64,000 nt of DNA from Candidatus Daviesbacteria bacterium GW2011_GWA1_41_61 (GTDB lineage: Bacteria; Patescibacteriota; Microgenomatia; Daviesbacterales; UBA10151), in assembly GCA_000997385.1 (NCBI GenBank), contig LCBT01000003.1, positions 192,892-256,891 on the forward strand. The letters are read 5' to 3'. Both the position numbers and the translations under genes were made by a program. The notes beneath the pieces are model-generated. The model saw nothing but the letters and a program-made list of their open reading frames with translations, searched no databases and was not told where the DNA came from. How positions within the stretch are numbered: position 1 is the stretch's first letter; each line of letters starts with the position of its first letter. Positions 1 to 11,604 of this stretch are shown piece after piece.

Positions 1-1
1 T

Positions 2-694
2 TCCCTGCTTTTAAGAAGACCGTCCGGACGTGAAGCTTATCCCGGAGACGTTTTTTATCTCCACTCCCGTCTGCTTGAAAGGTCGGCACGGATGTCAGAA
101 GAATATGGCGGAGGGTCTCTCACGGCTTTGCCAATCATTGAAACCCAAGCCGGTGATGTTTCGGCCTATATTCCTACCAACGTTATCTCTATCACTGATG
201 GCCAAATTTATCTTGAATCTGATCTTTTTTACTCGGGAGTGAGACCGGCTTTAAACGTTGGACTTTCTGTTTCCCGAGTAGGCGGAGCAGCCCAAGTTAA
301 GGCCATGAAGTCAGTAGCTGGAAAGTTAAAGCTTGATTTAGCTCAATTTAGAGAATTAGCGGCTTTTGCCCAATTTTCCTCGGACCTGGATGCTTCTACC
401 AAAGCTCAAATAGAAAGAGGAAGAAGAATTACGGAAATTTTGAAGCAGCCTCCATATAATCCAGTACCTGTTGAGCAGCAAATAGCTATTCTTTGGGCAG
501 CGACTCAGGGATATCTTGACTCATTGGCAGTTGAGCAGGTTAAAGAGTTTGAGGAAAAGTTTTTATCAGATCTTAGATTAAACGGGAAAAAACTGTTAGA
601 GGAAATAGTGAGTAAGCGGGAGTTAAATGACGGTTTAACTTCTCTATTAGAAAAGACAGTGAAGAAAGTGTTGGGAGGTTTTATTAAACCCTAA
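2..694 (+). CDS. atpA: F0F1 ATP synthase subunit alpha (5' truncated by window edge)
   Basis: Frame open from nt 2 ([16 protein letters not shown]...[31 protein letters not shown]); followed by atpG and atpD. Confidence 0.98.
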   Translation, partial: SLLLRRPSGREAYPGDVFYLHSRLLERSARMSEEYGGGSLTALPIIETQAGDVSAYIPTNVISITDGQIYLESDLFYSGVRPALNVGLSVSRVGGAAQVKAMKSVAGKLKLDLAQFRELAAFAQFSSDLDASTKAQIERGRRITEILKQPPYNPVPVEQQIAILWAATQGYLDSLAVEQVKEFEEKFLSDLRLNGKKLLEEIVSKRELNDGLTSLLEKTVKKVLGGFIKP

Positions 695-699
695 CCCCT

Positions 700-1581
700 A
701 TGGCTAGTACCAGAGATTTGCGCAGACGCATCAAGTCTATTAAAAACACCAGCCAAATTACTAAGGCCATGCAGATGGTTTCGGCCATCAAGATGAGAAA
801 GGCTCAAAATCAAGCCCTCTCATCCAGGCCATATACCGAGACTTTTCTTTCTGTCCTTGTCTCCTTATCCGGTAAGGTGAAATCGGAGAACCATCAGCTT
901 TTAAACAGTAATAGTTTGGATAAGGTGGGGGTGATGATTTTATCAACCGATAAGGGCCTTTGCGGGGCCTTAAACACTAACCTTTTCCGTTTCATTCAAA
1001 GCAATGAGCTGTTTTTTGACAAGGATGTAGTTTTTTACACCATAGGTAAAAAAGGACGGGATTTTATTGTCAGGACAGGGAAAAACCTCTATGCTGATTT
1101 TGAAAGTTTGGAACATATTGAGTTCCAAAAAGCTGCCAGTTTGAGAAAGTTATTAATCTCTACTTTTTTAAATGAGGAGGTGGGAGAAGTCTACCTGCTT
1201 TACCCCCATTTTCTTTCTACATTAAGGCAGGAGCCAAGACTGGTTAAGGTTTTACCAATTGATAAGGATTACTTAAATGAGGTACTAAAAGGCCAAGAGA
1301 CTGAAGAGAAAAAATCAATTAGTGGGGAAATTCTCTTTGAACCTACTCCCGATCAAGTTCTTGATTTTGCTTTAACCCATTTTATTGATACCCAAATTTA
1401 CCAGGCCTTGTTGGAGATGAGAGCTTCGGAACATTCAGCCAGAATGATGGCTATGCAAAATGCCACAGATAATGCTAAAGAGCTGGTGGTAGATTTACAG
1501 TTAACCTATAATCAGATGCGCCAGGATGCTATCACCAAAGAGCTGTTGGAGATAACATCGGCGGCAGCTGCGCTGGAGTGA
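700..1581 (+). CDS. atpG: F0F1 ATP synthase subunit gamma
   Basis: QITKAMQMVS, DKGLCG, EHSARMMAM, RQDAITKEL motifs. Confidence 0.98.
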   Translation: MASTRDLRRRIKSIKNTSQITKAMQMVSAIKMRKAQNQALSSRPYTETFLSVLVSLSGKVKSENHQLLNSNSLDKVGVMILSTDKGLCGALNTNLFRFIQSNELFFDKDVVFYTIGKKGRDFIVRTGKNLYADFESLEHIEFQKAASLRKLLISTFLNEEVGEVYLLYPHFLSTLRQEPRLVKVLPIDKDYLNEVLKGQETEEKKSISGEILFEPTPDQVLDFALTHFIDTQIYQALLEMRASEHSARMMAMQNATDNAKELVVDLQLTYNQMRQDAITKELLEITSAAAALE

Positions 1582-1592
1582 AGAAAAGGTGA

Positions 1593-3032
<1,440 letters not shown>

Positions 3033-3052
3033 TAAGTCCCATTGATAAATAT

Positions 3053-3475
3053 ATGGAAAGAGATCTGCATTCGGGTAATATAGAGGTAGCAGCCCATAGA
3101 GAAGGCAATCTTTGTTGTGGAAATGGTTGTCCTTTGGATGCTGTTTATGATGAGGTGAAAAAAGTGGAAGCAGCTCGTAAGGTTATCTCCTGGGATGACC
3201 TTAAAGAAATTTGTAGAAGGTATGGTTTAAAAGAGGCTAATGACTTTTATGGAATGGAATTAAAAGAATGGATGCTTGAGATGGTTGATAAATCACTTTT
3301 TACAGCTGATTGCCAGCAGGGAGCACTTAAAAGTACCCCTTATACCCGTTGCGGTAGTTTGATGGCAAGGAAGATGGATTATCAATTAACAACGATTATA
3401 GAACATCGGGTTAGAGAGAGTATTCGCCACAACTGGAGAAAGATAAATTCTCCGGGAAACTTTACTAACCAGTAG
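3053..3475 (+). CDS. hypothetical Cys-containing protein
   Basis: 140-aa ORF with CCGNGC cluster, in the position where atpC normally lies. Confidence 0.6.
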   Translation: MERDLHSGNIEVAAHREGNLCCGNGCPLDAVYDEVKKVEAARKVISWDDLKEICRRYGLKEANDFYGMELKEWMLEMVDKSLFTADCQQGALKSTPYTRCGSLMARKMDYQLTTIIEHRVRESIRHNWRKINSPGNFTNQ

Positions 3476-3731
3476 TGTTGGATATCAAAAATCCTATAGG
3501 ATTTGACTTTACATTTCCTTTATGATATACTAGATTTTAGTTGAATTAGAATTTGAGCTATACGACAATTCTTCCCTTCAAATTACTGCAAGTTTTACGC
3601 GGAATGCTAAAAAGTTAGCGGGATTATATTTTTGATAGTAGCTCCTAAGATTTTTTAGCACTTCTTTTTCACTAATTTTTATATATGTTTCTTCTTCATC
3701 CTCTTAAGTTAGGATGAAGAAGGATCTAGTT

Positions 3732-5021
3732 ATGTATCAAAAATCAAGAAATTTTCGAAACAGTTCTTTTAACAGGCCATCTAACGGTGGGCATTTTCAT
3801 GGTCCTCAAAAATTTTCCAGTAATCGCCGGAATTTTCGTTTTAATAATCCCGGAAGACACAATGAATCTAAATTGTTAGGGAAAGATGAAAGGATGTTTA
3901 TATCTAAACCTCAAGAACTCTCCCCAATGGAAGATTTTGTTCCCCAACATAAGTTTGCCGATTTTCCTATTGCTGAAGTTTTAAAGCAAAATATTGCCTA
4001 CCGTGGTTATACCCAACCTACTCCCATACAAGACCAAGCTATCGAACCTATTTTACAGGGACGGGATTTAATCGGTTTAGCCGACACCGGTACCGGTAAA
4101 ACAGCCGCCTTTTTAATTCCTTTAATTAATAAAATTTACCAAGACCGCTCAAAAAAAGCTTTAATTATAGTTCCTACCCGTGAGTTAGCCCTGCAAATTG
4201 ACGATGAATTTTATGCTTTTACAAAAGATATGAATGTTTATTCTACCTTGATTATTGGCGGTAAAAATATCAACCGCCAGATTAAGGATTTGAGGCGCAA
4301 CCCACATGTAGTGATAGGAACACCGGGAAGATTAAAAGATTTAGTTCAAAAAAGAGTCCTGTTTTTAGAGGATTCTACAACTATTGTTTTAGATGAAGTT
4401 GATTTAATGGTTGATATTGGTTTTATTAATGATGTTAAGTATTTTATTTCACTACTGCCAAGGGAACGCCAATCACTGTTTTTTTCAGCCACTATTTCAC
4501 CCAAAATTCAGGAAATATTAAGAAATTTTGTGACCAATCCGGTGACAGTTTCTATAAAACGTCAAGAATCAGCACACAATATTGACCAGGATGTGGTAAG
4601 GGTAAGAAGTAATGACAAAAAAATAGATCTACTTCATGATCTTTTGACTCGGGATGGTTTTGATAAGGTGTTAGTTTTTGGCAAGACCAAGCATGGTGTG
4701 GAAAAATTAAATAAAGAATTAGAGTTTAGAGGTTTTAGAGTGGGAGCTATTCATGGCAATAAAAAACAGGGACAAAGACAAAGAACTTTAGAAAGTTTTA
4801 AAAGAAATGAAATCCAAATACTTTTAGCTACAGATGTAGCTTCCAGAGGTTTAGATATTAATAATGTTACCCATGTTATTAATTATGATTTACCGGATAC
4901 TTATGAGGATTATATTCATCGGATTGGCAGAACCGGTAGAGCTGATAAAAAAGGTACTGCTTTAACTTTCATAGAACAATCAAGCTATCAACAGTATTCT
5001 AATAACGGGCGTTTAAGTTAA
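3732..5021 (+). CDS. DEAD-box RNA helicase
   Basis: Q motif PTPIQ, TGTGKT, PTRELA, TPGRL, DEVD, SAT, HRIGRTGR; ATG 3732 preferred to 3714. Confidence 0.96.
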   Translation: MYQKSRNFRNSSFNRPSNGGHFHGPQKFSSNRRNFRFNNPGRHNESKLLGKDERMFISKPQELSPMEDFVPQHKFADFPIAEVLKQNIAYRGYTQPTPIQDQAIEPILQGRDLIGLADTGTGKTAAFLIPLINKIYQDRSKKALIIVPTRELALQIDDEFYAFTKDMNVYSTLIIGGKNINRQIKDLRRNPHVVIGTPGRLKDLVQKRVLFLEDSTTIVLDEVDLMVDIGFINDVKYFISLLPRERQSLFFSATISPKIQEILRNFVTNPVTVSIKRQESAHNIDQDVVRVRSNDKKIDLLHDLLTRDGFDKVLVFGKTKHGVEKLNKELEFRGFRVGAIHGNKKQGQRQRTLESFKRNEIQILLATDVASRGLDINNVTHVINYDLPDTYEDYIHRIGRTGRADKKGTALTFIEQSSYQQYSNNGRLS

Positions 5022-6789
5022 TTTTTCTGATCCTGATATTTTTGGGCGTTACTTCCACCAACTCACTGTCATCAATATATTCCAAGGCATTTTCTAAACT
5101 GACAACTTTGGGAGTGTTAAAGTGTTCAGAGACTCCTTCACCGGCAGACCGGTGGTTAGTTAATTGTTTTTCTTTACAGACATTGACTCTAATATCATCA
5201 GCCCGGGAATTTTGACCGATTACTTGCCCCGAGTAAACAGGAATTGCCGGACCAATAAATAACTCCCCCCTATCCTGAGCAGAAATTAGACCATAAAGTT
5301 TAGTTACACCGTTTTCATGGGCTATTAGTGACCCTCTGTCTCTAAGATATATATTACCAGGATCTTTTCTATATTCTAAAAACGAAGTGTTAATTATACC
5401 TAAGCCATGAGTATCAGAGACAAACTCACTTCTATAACCTAAAAGCTCTTTGGTAGCAATAATAAACTCCATAATTACAATTCCTTCTTCAGTGTTCATA
5501 TCTTGCAGCTGGCCATGGCGAAGCCCCATTTTTTGCATGACTACTCCTGAGTATTCTTCAGGTACTTCTAGATAAACCGTTTCATAAGGTGTAAAGATGT
5601 CTTCTTCTGTTTTCTTTTCAATAACTTGTGGTCTGGAAACTTGGAATTCGAATCCCTCCCGTCTCATTCTTTCAATTAATATAGCCAAGTGCAGCTCTCC
5701 CCGACCAGAGACTATCCAGCTTCCATTCAAATCTTCCACTCTTAAAGCAACATCAGTTTCTAACTCTTTATACAGCCTTTCCTGAATCTGTCTGGAGGTT
5801 TTAAATTCACCCTCACGCCCGGCAAAGGGAGAGGTATTAACGCTAAAAGTCATCCTAACGGTGGGTTCTTCAATATCCAAAAGCGGTAATCTTTGAGGGT
5901 TAGAAACATCAGCGATTGTTTCACCGATAGTAATTTCAGGGATTCCTGAAATGGCCACGATATCTCCTGCTTGGGCTTCTTTGCTATCCACTCTTTGAAG
6001 TCCCTGAAAAGTCATCAGGGAGGTTAAACGGTATTTTTTTATCTCCCCAGCTCTATTTATATGCATAATATCTTGTCCTGTTTTTAATTGGCCGTTTATG
6101 ATCCTGCCTGCAGCAATTCTACCTTTAAAATTATCCCCACTGATGGAAGTTACTAACATCTGTAAAGGTTGGTTGCAGTTTCCCAAAGGTGCTGGAATAA
6201 TTTCCAAGATAGCATCAAAAATAGGAGTTATATCTGTCATCTTTTGAAGGTCCGGTTCCAGTCCTGCTTTACCAAGTTTGCTGGAACAATAGATGACAGG
6301 AAAATAGGCTGACTGCTCATCTGCCCCAAGTTCTAAAAACAGGTCAAAGGTTTTATTGATAACATGTTGGATTCTAACATCTGGTTTGTCAATCTTGTTA
6401 ATAACCACAATGATCTTATGTCCTAACTGTAAAGCTCTTTTTAAAACAAATTTGGTTTGAGGCATTGGGCCTTCTTTGGCATCAACCAACAGTAAACAAC
6501 CATCTGCCATTTTTAAGACCCTTTCTACTTCTCCGCCAAAATCGGCATGGCCTGGAGTATCAATAATGTTGATTTTGGTGCCGTTCCAGTCAACAGAAGC
6601 ATTTTTGGAAAATATGGTAATTCCCCTTTCTTTTTCCAAGTCATTACTATCCATAATAAGGGTACTTTCTTCACTAAATTCTTTACCCAGTTTAGTCTTG
6701 GATTGGCGAAGCAAGGCATCCACCAAAGTGGTTTTACCATGATCAACGTGAGCAATAATCGCTACATTCCTAATATTATTTTCTGACAT
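4999..6789 (-). CDS. typA: translational GTPase TypA/BipA
   Basis: AHVDHGKTT, ERGITI, DTPGHADF, NKID, GRGELHL, C-terminal ELVEVTPKNIRIRK. Confidence 0.97.
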   Translation of the reverse strand: MSENNIRNVAIIAHVDHGKTTLVDALLRQSKTKLGKEFSEESTLIMDSNDLEKERGITIFSKNASVDWNGTKINIIDTPGHADFGGEVERVLKMADGCLLLVDAKEGPMPQTKFVLKRALQLGHKIIVVINKIDKPDVRIQHVINKTFDLFLELGADEQSAYFPVIYCSSKLGKAGLEPDLQKMTDITPIFDAILEIIPAPLGNCNQPLQMLVTSISGDNFKGRIAAGRIINGQLKTGQDIMHINRAGEIKKYRLTSLMTFQGLQRVDSKEAQAGDIVAISGIPEITIGETIADVSNPQRLPLLDIEEPTVRMTFSVNTSPFAGREGEFKTSRQIQERLYKELETDVALRVEDLNGSWIVSGRGELHLAILIERMRREGFEFQVSRPQVIEKKTEEDIFTPYETVYLEVPEEYSGVVMQKMGLRHGQLQDMNTEEGIVIMEFIIATKELLGYRSEFVSDTHGLGIINTSFLEYRKDPGNIYLRDRGSLIAHENGVTKLYGLISAQDRGELFIGPAIPVYSGQVIGQNSRADDIRVNVCKEKQLTNHRSAGEGVSEHFNTPKVVSLENALEYIDDSELVEVTPKNIRIRKINLNARY

Positions 6790-6811
6790 ATATTGTATTT
6801 CTCTAAAGCAC

Positions 6812-6832
6812 AAAAAAACCGCTTTTGCGGTC
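6812..6832 (-). terminator. intrinsic-terminator-like hairpin upstream of typA
   Basis: Minus strand GACCGC-AAAA-GCGGTT followed by a T run. Confidence 0.55.
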
Positions 6833-6888
6833 TTAAAATGATACCATTTTCAGCTTAAAATAACAAATCTATATCGGAGATTAAACAG

Positions 6889-7253
6889 TTAAGAGGTTTT
6901 TTCAAAGGTTCCATCAAGGTGGAGGTAATAAGTTTCTACTTCTAGATCTGGGAATTGTTCTTTGATTTTTGAGGCAGCATTTTGAAGATCTTCTTGATGT
7001 CTTTCATGAGTTCCTTCCTCCCCATAGGCTCCACAATCTTCATGGTTGATAAAGAGAACCCTTCGAATATGGTGCAAACGGTGGGAAATCTCTATTTGCT
7101 TTAAAATACTTCCTGGTCTTTAATTCCCCCAGCCCAAGCTACCCTATCATAAGTTCTGGGTTGAAAGTTTTCATCTACCCACTTATTAATAAAGGGTTGA
7201 AACCTAAAATCAATACAGGTAATTATAGTTGCATCAGGGCTATGGTCCGACAT
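6889..7253 (-). pseudogene. beta-carbonic anhydrase-like gene split by a 1-nt frameshift
   Basis: ATG 7253 gives MSDHSPDATIITCIDFRFQ...AGGIKDQEVF*; the -1 frame continues SILKQIEISHRLHHI...NHEDCGAY. CxDxR plus HxxC Zn ligands; total 365 nt. Confidence 0.8.
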
Positions 7254-7288
7254 AACTTATTGATATTACAATAAAAAGTATCTTTTTC

Positions 7289-8935
7289 TCAAGATCTTCT
7301 AGAAACTATTGGTCTATTTTCATACATTGGCACAATTTTACCTTCAAAAACCCTCGGTCCGATAACTTTATCGTAGTAATCATCAGCTGCTTTTAAGACT
7401 TGTTTGATTTCAAAATCATGTGGGTTCCACCTCTCAATAGCATCATGTCTTAACGATTTTCCCAGATCTTCCTGTCCTTTTCTTGGGTATTCACCTTTTA
7501 GGTAACCAAATCGAAGATATGCCTTCTTGCCAGTATCTTGATCTACAGAGATCATACCACGAGAAAGCATAATATAAGCTCCAACCACAGCTTCCAGTCC
7601 AAAAGGATTAAATCCTATATTGAAGTTTTCTTTGTTAAAATTATATTCTGATAAAGCAGTAGCTGGCATAAATTGTAACCCTAAGGCTCCGGCTCTGATG
7701 TCTCCTTCCCCTGCTATAGAACCCGGAACTCGGTGTTCATTATATTGGAGCATAATGTATTCCCCTGGTCCGGTTTGGATTTTTGTGTCTTTGGAAATTA
7801 TTCCTATAATTTCTGTTAGGCTGGCTTCTTGTTTAACTCTCTCAGCTGCTTGTTTTTCAGTTTCTTTTTCAACATTAGTTTTTAGCTGCGGTTTAGCAGC
7901 TACATGACCGATATGAGCAAAACCCTTGCGTTGATATTTTTTGATTATTTTTCCAGAATTATCTTTATCAGGAGGAATTTTAGGATCAGTTTCCTGACAA
8001 ACTAGCTCTGCCATTCCCCCTGGATTCATTAATATATCGTCGACGCTTAAGTTATCTAATTTAGCTTCCAATTCAGGAGTTAAATCACCTTTTTCTTTCA
8101 AAAGGTATAAATCTGGTCTCATAAATCTTAAAAATTTATCACCTTTCTCTGCCTTTAATTTAAACAGTAACTCCCTTGTTTGAAAGTAGGCATCAGTACA
8201 GATAGCTAAGACTTCTGGATGAATTCCTTCACTAAAATCCTCTTTTATTCTGCTTTTAGCCCAAGTAATTTCTTCTTCTGTTATCTTCCTAAGTCCACTA
8301 TTACCTTCTTGTCTAAGCTTAAATCGTTCTTTCAGAAGCTGGATTCTTAACTTGTAATCTCCTATTACCATAAATCCTCGGTCTATTCTTTCTAACTTCT
8401 TTTTAGGATCACTGTCAGGTGCTAAGCATCTATCTATATATTCTTTTTCCTTTGTTTGTCTTTTAGAGAGTTTAAATTCTTTGTCTGGTTTAGGTTCCGG
8501 ATAATCAATAGGTTGAGCTAATATCTCATTAAGTAATTTGTAATCTTCAATTAGATATTCCGCTATTTTAGGTGCTTCAGGAGCTTGAGGAACCTCTGGG
8601 TTATGTATTAGACCCTGGTCCAGATTATTCTCTGTTTTTTGAGAACTGTTGCCAGCTAATATATTGAACATATCTTCCCCCTTCCAAATCCTTAAGCCTA
8701 ACGCTGCCAAACCAACCCCACCTAGTGTTACTACCGCTCTCCGGGAAATTTTTCTTGTAGCAAGATTTGCCATATTTTTAGGTTTTCTCTCTGAGTTTGG
8801 GATTCCCTCTTGTTCCAGTATTCTTAACTTATCTTGATGTAGTCTTTCCAATAAAGTTTTTTTGGTTAGAGGAGCGGTGTAGGGGTTATCATCTGCTTTA
8901 GGTAGCGCGTTTTCCCCTTCAGTTATATCATCCAT
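7289..8935 (-). CDS. membrane-tethered protein with probable lytic transglycosylase (SLT-like) C-terminal domain
   Basis: SRRAVV followed by a hydrophobic segment; GALGLQFMPATA resembles SLT motif II; LVCQET is a candidate catalytic Glu motif. Confidence 0.55.
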   Translation of the reverse strand: MDDITEGENALPKADDNPYTAPLTKKTLLERLHQDKLRILEQEGIPNSERKPKNMANLATRKISRRAVVTLGGVGLAALGLRIWKGEDMFNILAGNSSQKTENNLDQGLIHNPEVPQAPEAPKIAEYLIEDYKLLNEILAQPIDYPEPKPDKEFKLSKRQTKEKEYIDRCLAPDSDPKKKLERIDRGFMVIGDYKLRIQLLKERFKLRQEGNSGLRKITEEEITWAKSRIKEDFSEGIHPEVLAICTDAYFQTRELLFKLKAEKGDKFLRFMRPDLYLLKEKGDLTPELEAKLDNLSVDDILMNPGGMAELVCQETDPKIPPDKDNSGKIIKKYQRKGFAHIGHVAAKPQLKTNVEKETEKQAAERVKQEASLTEIIGIISKDTKIQTGPGEYIMLQYNEHRVPGSIAGEGDIRAGALGLQFMPATALSEYNFNKENFNIGFNPFGLEAVVGAYIMLSRGMISVDQDTGKKAYLRFGYLKGEYPRKGQEDLGKSLRHDAIERWNPHDFEIKQVLKAADDYYDKVIGPRVFEGKIVPMYENRPIVSRRS

Positions 8936-8982
8936 ATTTAGCCTTGAAAGTTATCTATAAAAAGCATAGAATTATTTGTCCG

Positions 8983-9393
8983 ATGAGTCAACTACATTTA
9001 AAAATTGTTACCCCGGAAAAAGAGATTTATGATGGTGATGTGGATATGGTAACTGTAACAACTCCAGATGGAGAGATAGGCCTGCTTCCTCACCATGTAA
9101 ATTTAATGACTCAAATTATTCCTGGGGAGCTAAGGATTAAAATTGGCGATAAGGTTAGTTATATGGTTACGGGTTCAGGACTGTTGCAGATGGTTAATAA
9201 TACCTTGATTATTGCTACCGATCTGGCAGAAAAACCAGAAGAGATTGATGAAAAAGCTGTGGAGGAAGCTAAAAAGAGGGCTGAGGCAGCCTTGGAACAA
9301 ACATTAACTGATGAAGAATATGCTGTCTCCCTGGCAACTGTAGAAAAGGCTTTAGCTCAACTGAAGGTCAAAAGAAGACACCACATTCACTAG
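8983..9393 (+). CDS. atpC: F0F1 ATP synthase subunit epsilon
   Basis: [17 protein letters not shown]-terminal helical hairpin. Confidence 0.95.
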   Translation: MSQLHLKIVTPEKEIYDGDVDMVTVTTPDGEIGLLPHHVNLMTQIIPGELRIKIGDKVSYMVTGSGLLQMVNNTLIIATDLAEKPEEIDEKAVEEAKKRAEAALEQTLTDEEYAVSLATVEKALAQLKVKRRHHIH

Positions 9394-9740
9394 TCTGAAA
9401 AGAGAGCCCGGAATCTTTCTCTTACCTCTGGCCGTTGTCTTAATTTTCTGAGAGCCTCAGCTTCAATTTGTCTGGCTCTTTCCCTGGTAACGCCTAAGGC
9501 CTTTCCTGTATCTTTTAGAGTATGTACATATCCCTGATCAGAAAGTCCAAACCTTAATTCTATAACCTGTCTTTCCCGGGGTTCTAAGATATTCAGTAGA
9601 TCTTCGGTTTCGCTACCGGAAGCATTATCTATGGCCATCGCTTCCACATTTTCCTGGGGATCAGATAAGAACATTTCTATTGTATCTGGCTCGGGAGCAT
9701 TCAGCTTTTCCTTGACCTTGTTCTCATACGTATTCTCCAA
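9390..9740 (-). CDS. sigma-70 region 4 domain protein, possibly a truncated sigma factor
   Basis: [15 protein letters not shown]...[28 protein letters not shown]; no region 2; TTG start. Confidence 0.7.
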   Translation of the reverse strand: MENTYENKVKEKLNAPEPDTIEMFLSDPQENVEAMAIDNASGSETEDLLNILEPRERQVIELRFGLSDQGYVHTLKDTGKALGVTRERARQIEAEALRKLRQRPEVRERFRALFSD

Positions 9741-9849
9741 CCCGCATCCAAGCTGGAGTCATTAGAACTCCTTTCGGAACTCTTTGGCATCAGGCATCAA
9801 AGAGCTAACTTTTACCGGAATATTGCTGCTACCTGTTCCATGAAAAAGG

Positions 9850-10156
9850 AGATTGAGAAAAAGCCTTCAGGATTGCCAAGAGCGATCTAAAGATACGGCC
9901 AATTTACCATTTCAGAAAACAAACAATTGAAGCACATATCCTCATCTGTTTCATGGCACTTGCCGTGTGTGAGTACATGGAATTAAAAACTGGAAAATCA
10001 AGCAAAGCAATTATTAAATTGCTGAAGCAGATTACTGACGCAAGGATTCTCAATACCCTGACTAATGATGAGATCATTATCCGGTCTGACCTAACAGCAG
10101 AAATCCGGCAATTGTTGAAAACTTTATCACTGTAGCACTAATCTGGACAAGTCAGG
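9850..10156 (+). mobile_element. IS1634-like transposase 3' remnant with probable right end
   Basis: EKAFRIAKSDLKIRPIYHFRKQTIEAHILICFMALAV resembles an IS1634/IS4-type DDE C-terminus; ends GGACAAGTCAGG, then a start-less gene tail (10156-10325). Confidence 0.75.
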
Positions 10157-10327
10157 AGAAGAATTTCTGAAGAAACAAGGTGTTCAAATTAGGGAAAAAC
10201 ATGATTTTGCATCTTTCTTCAGAGATAATCCTGACGCAGAAGCATTCTATTCTGGCCCCAATGTTTTTAGAGATTCAACTATAGTTGTCCAAAGTGCTTC
10301 TGATGGTGCTAAGAGTATGAAATAATG

Positions 10328-11200
10328 TCAGTTGAAATGTAGTATGTTACTTTGTAAAAAATTTCTTTTTCTCCACAGCAGGAAAAGTATGAGTAGTCCA
10401 ACAGTAAAAGAAATTTGATAATTTAACCATAAATTTGCCGGGTCAGCGCTTTTATTAAATATTGATCCTAGAAAGTGAAATATTAAAAACAATATGGTCA
10501 CAAAATAGATATCTTTGGAATTAGCTGTTTTTTGCCTAAGTATGAACCAAAGGAAGATAATGATTACTCCCAAATAATTTTGCTGGCTGGAAATAGTAGC
10601 TAAGAGTGCAACAAAAATAACGGCAAGCTTTTCCTTTATGGAAAAACCTGCTCCTTTGCCTGATTTAGGTTGTTTTTTCCAGAAGAGTTTGATTATTACC
10701 AGCAGAATAATGGTTAATATAATACCCAGGAGCAGGGAAGCAATGTTTGTAAAGGGAAGAAACATGGCCATTCCGGCATAAAGAGCTGCTAGACAAAAAA
10801 TTATCAGGATATAGCCTTTTTTGCCTAAAAACGGCTGTTTCTCACCTGGAATAAGGTAATTAACTAATAAATATGGAAAAGTAACTGTGACAGCGCTGTG
10901 GCCTAAAGTTAAAAGAAGTGTCAAAAGAGGAGGATTTTTTATATAAAAGGTCTCCTCAAGGATGCCATAGATTAGACCAATCAGAAAAAGACCGAAAAGA
11001 GATGGTTTTTTCCGGGCAATAATATCTGCCACAATTGTCAGCTGGAGTAAATAATAAGGGATGGAAAAAACGATTGTGCCAATATCTATTTTATTTACAG
11101 GAGTAGAAACAGTCACAATTTCAGCTGAAAACCAGCCAAGCAGTCCGTACAGCCAGACCCATTTGGGAAAAATGAGAAGTTTTGATTTAAGAAAAAGCAT
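10328..11200 (-). CDS. polytopic membrane protein
   Basis: 290 aa with about 9-10 hydrophobic segments; YGILEE motif. Confidence 0.8.
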   Translation of the reverse strand: MLFLKSKLLIFPKWVWLYGLLGWFSAEIVTVSTPVNKIDIGTIVFSIPYYLLQLTIVADIIARKKPSLFGLFLIGLIYGILEETFYIKNPPLLTLLLTLGHSAVTVTFPYLLVNYLIPGEKQPFLGKKGYILIIFCLAALYAGMAMFLPFTNIASLLLGIILTIILLVIIKLFWKKQPKSGKGAGFSIKEKLAVIFVALLATISSQQNYLGVIIIFLWFILRQKTANSKDIYFVTILFLIFHFLGSIFNKSADPANLWLNYQISFTVGLLILFLLWRKRNFLQSNILHFN

Positions 11201-11604
11201 TTATTTACTTATATCAGTAATATTTCCTGGAGTCAAATTTTTGAACGAGCAGGGCACATCGGTAACACTTCTAAATCTATGACAAAAGAAGAATTTATTG
11301 ATAAATTTATCGCACGATTAAACTTTGTTGGCAGTGCAACTGAGCAAGAAATGGCCAAAATAGCTTCAGAAGCTTACGAAAAGAGCCAGAAGTCCTAATT
11401 GGGTCATATGAATAAGATGAACATGATAAAATCAAAAAATAGGGGTCGTTCTAAAAGAAAAGTGTTACCGATGTATCTCAGCCTACTCAGAATCGCCTGA
11501 TAAAAATAGAAATGATGAGTTATTGTGTCAACTATAGGACTTGTATCCTCTGGACTAGATGACATTAGAACATTTTTTTACAAATCAAATAGATTGCTAA
11601 CTAT

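Noticed and set aside
11279-11398. 39-aa ORF MTKEEFIDKF...
   Set aside because: Probably a gene tail remnant; no recognisable family or RBS
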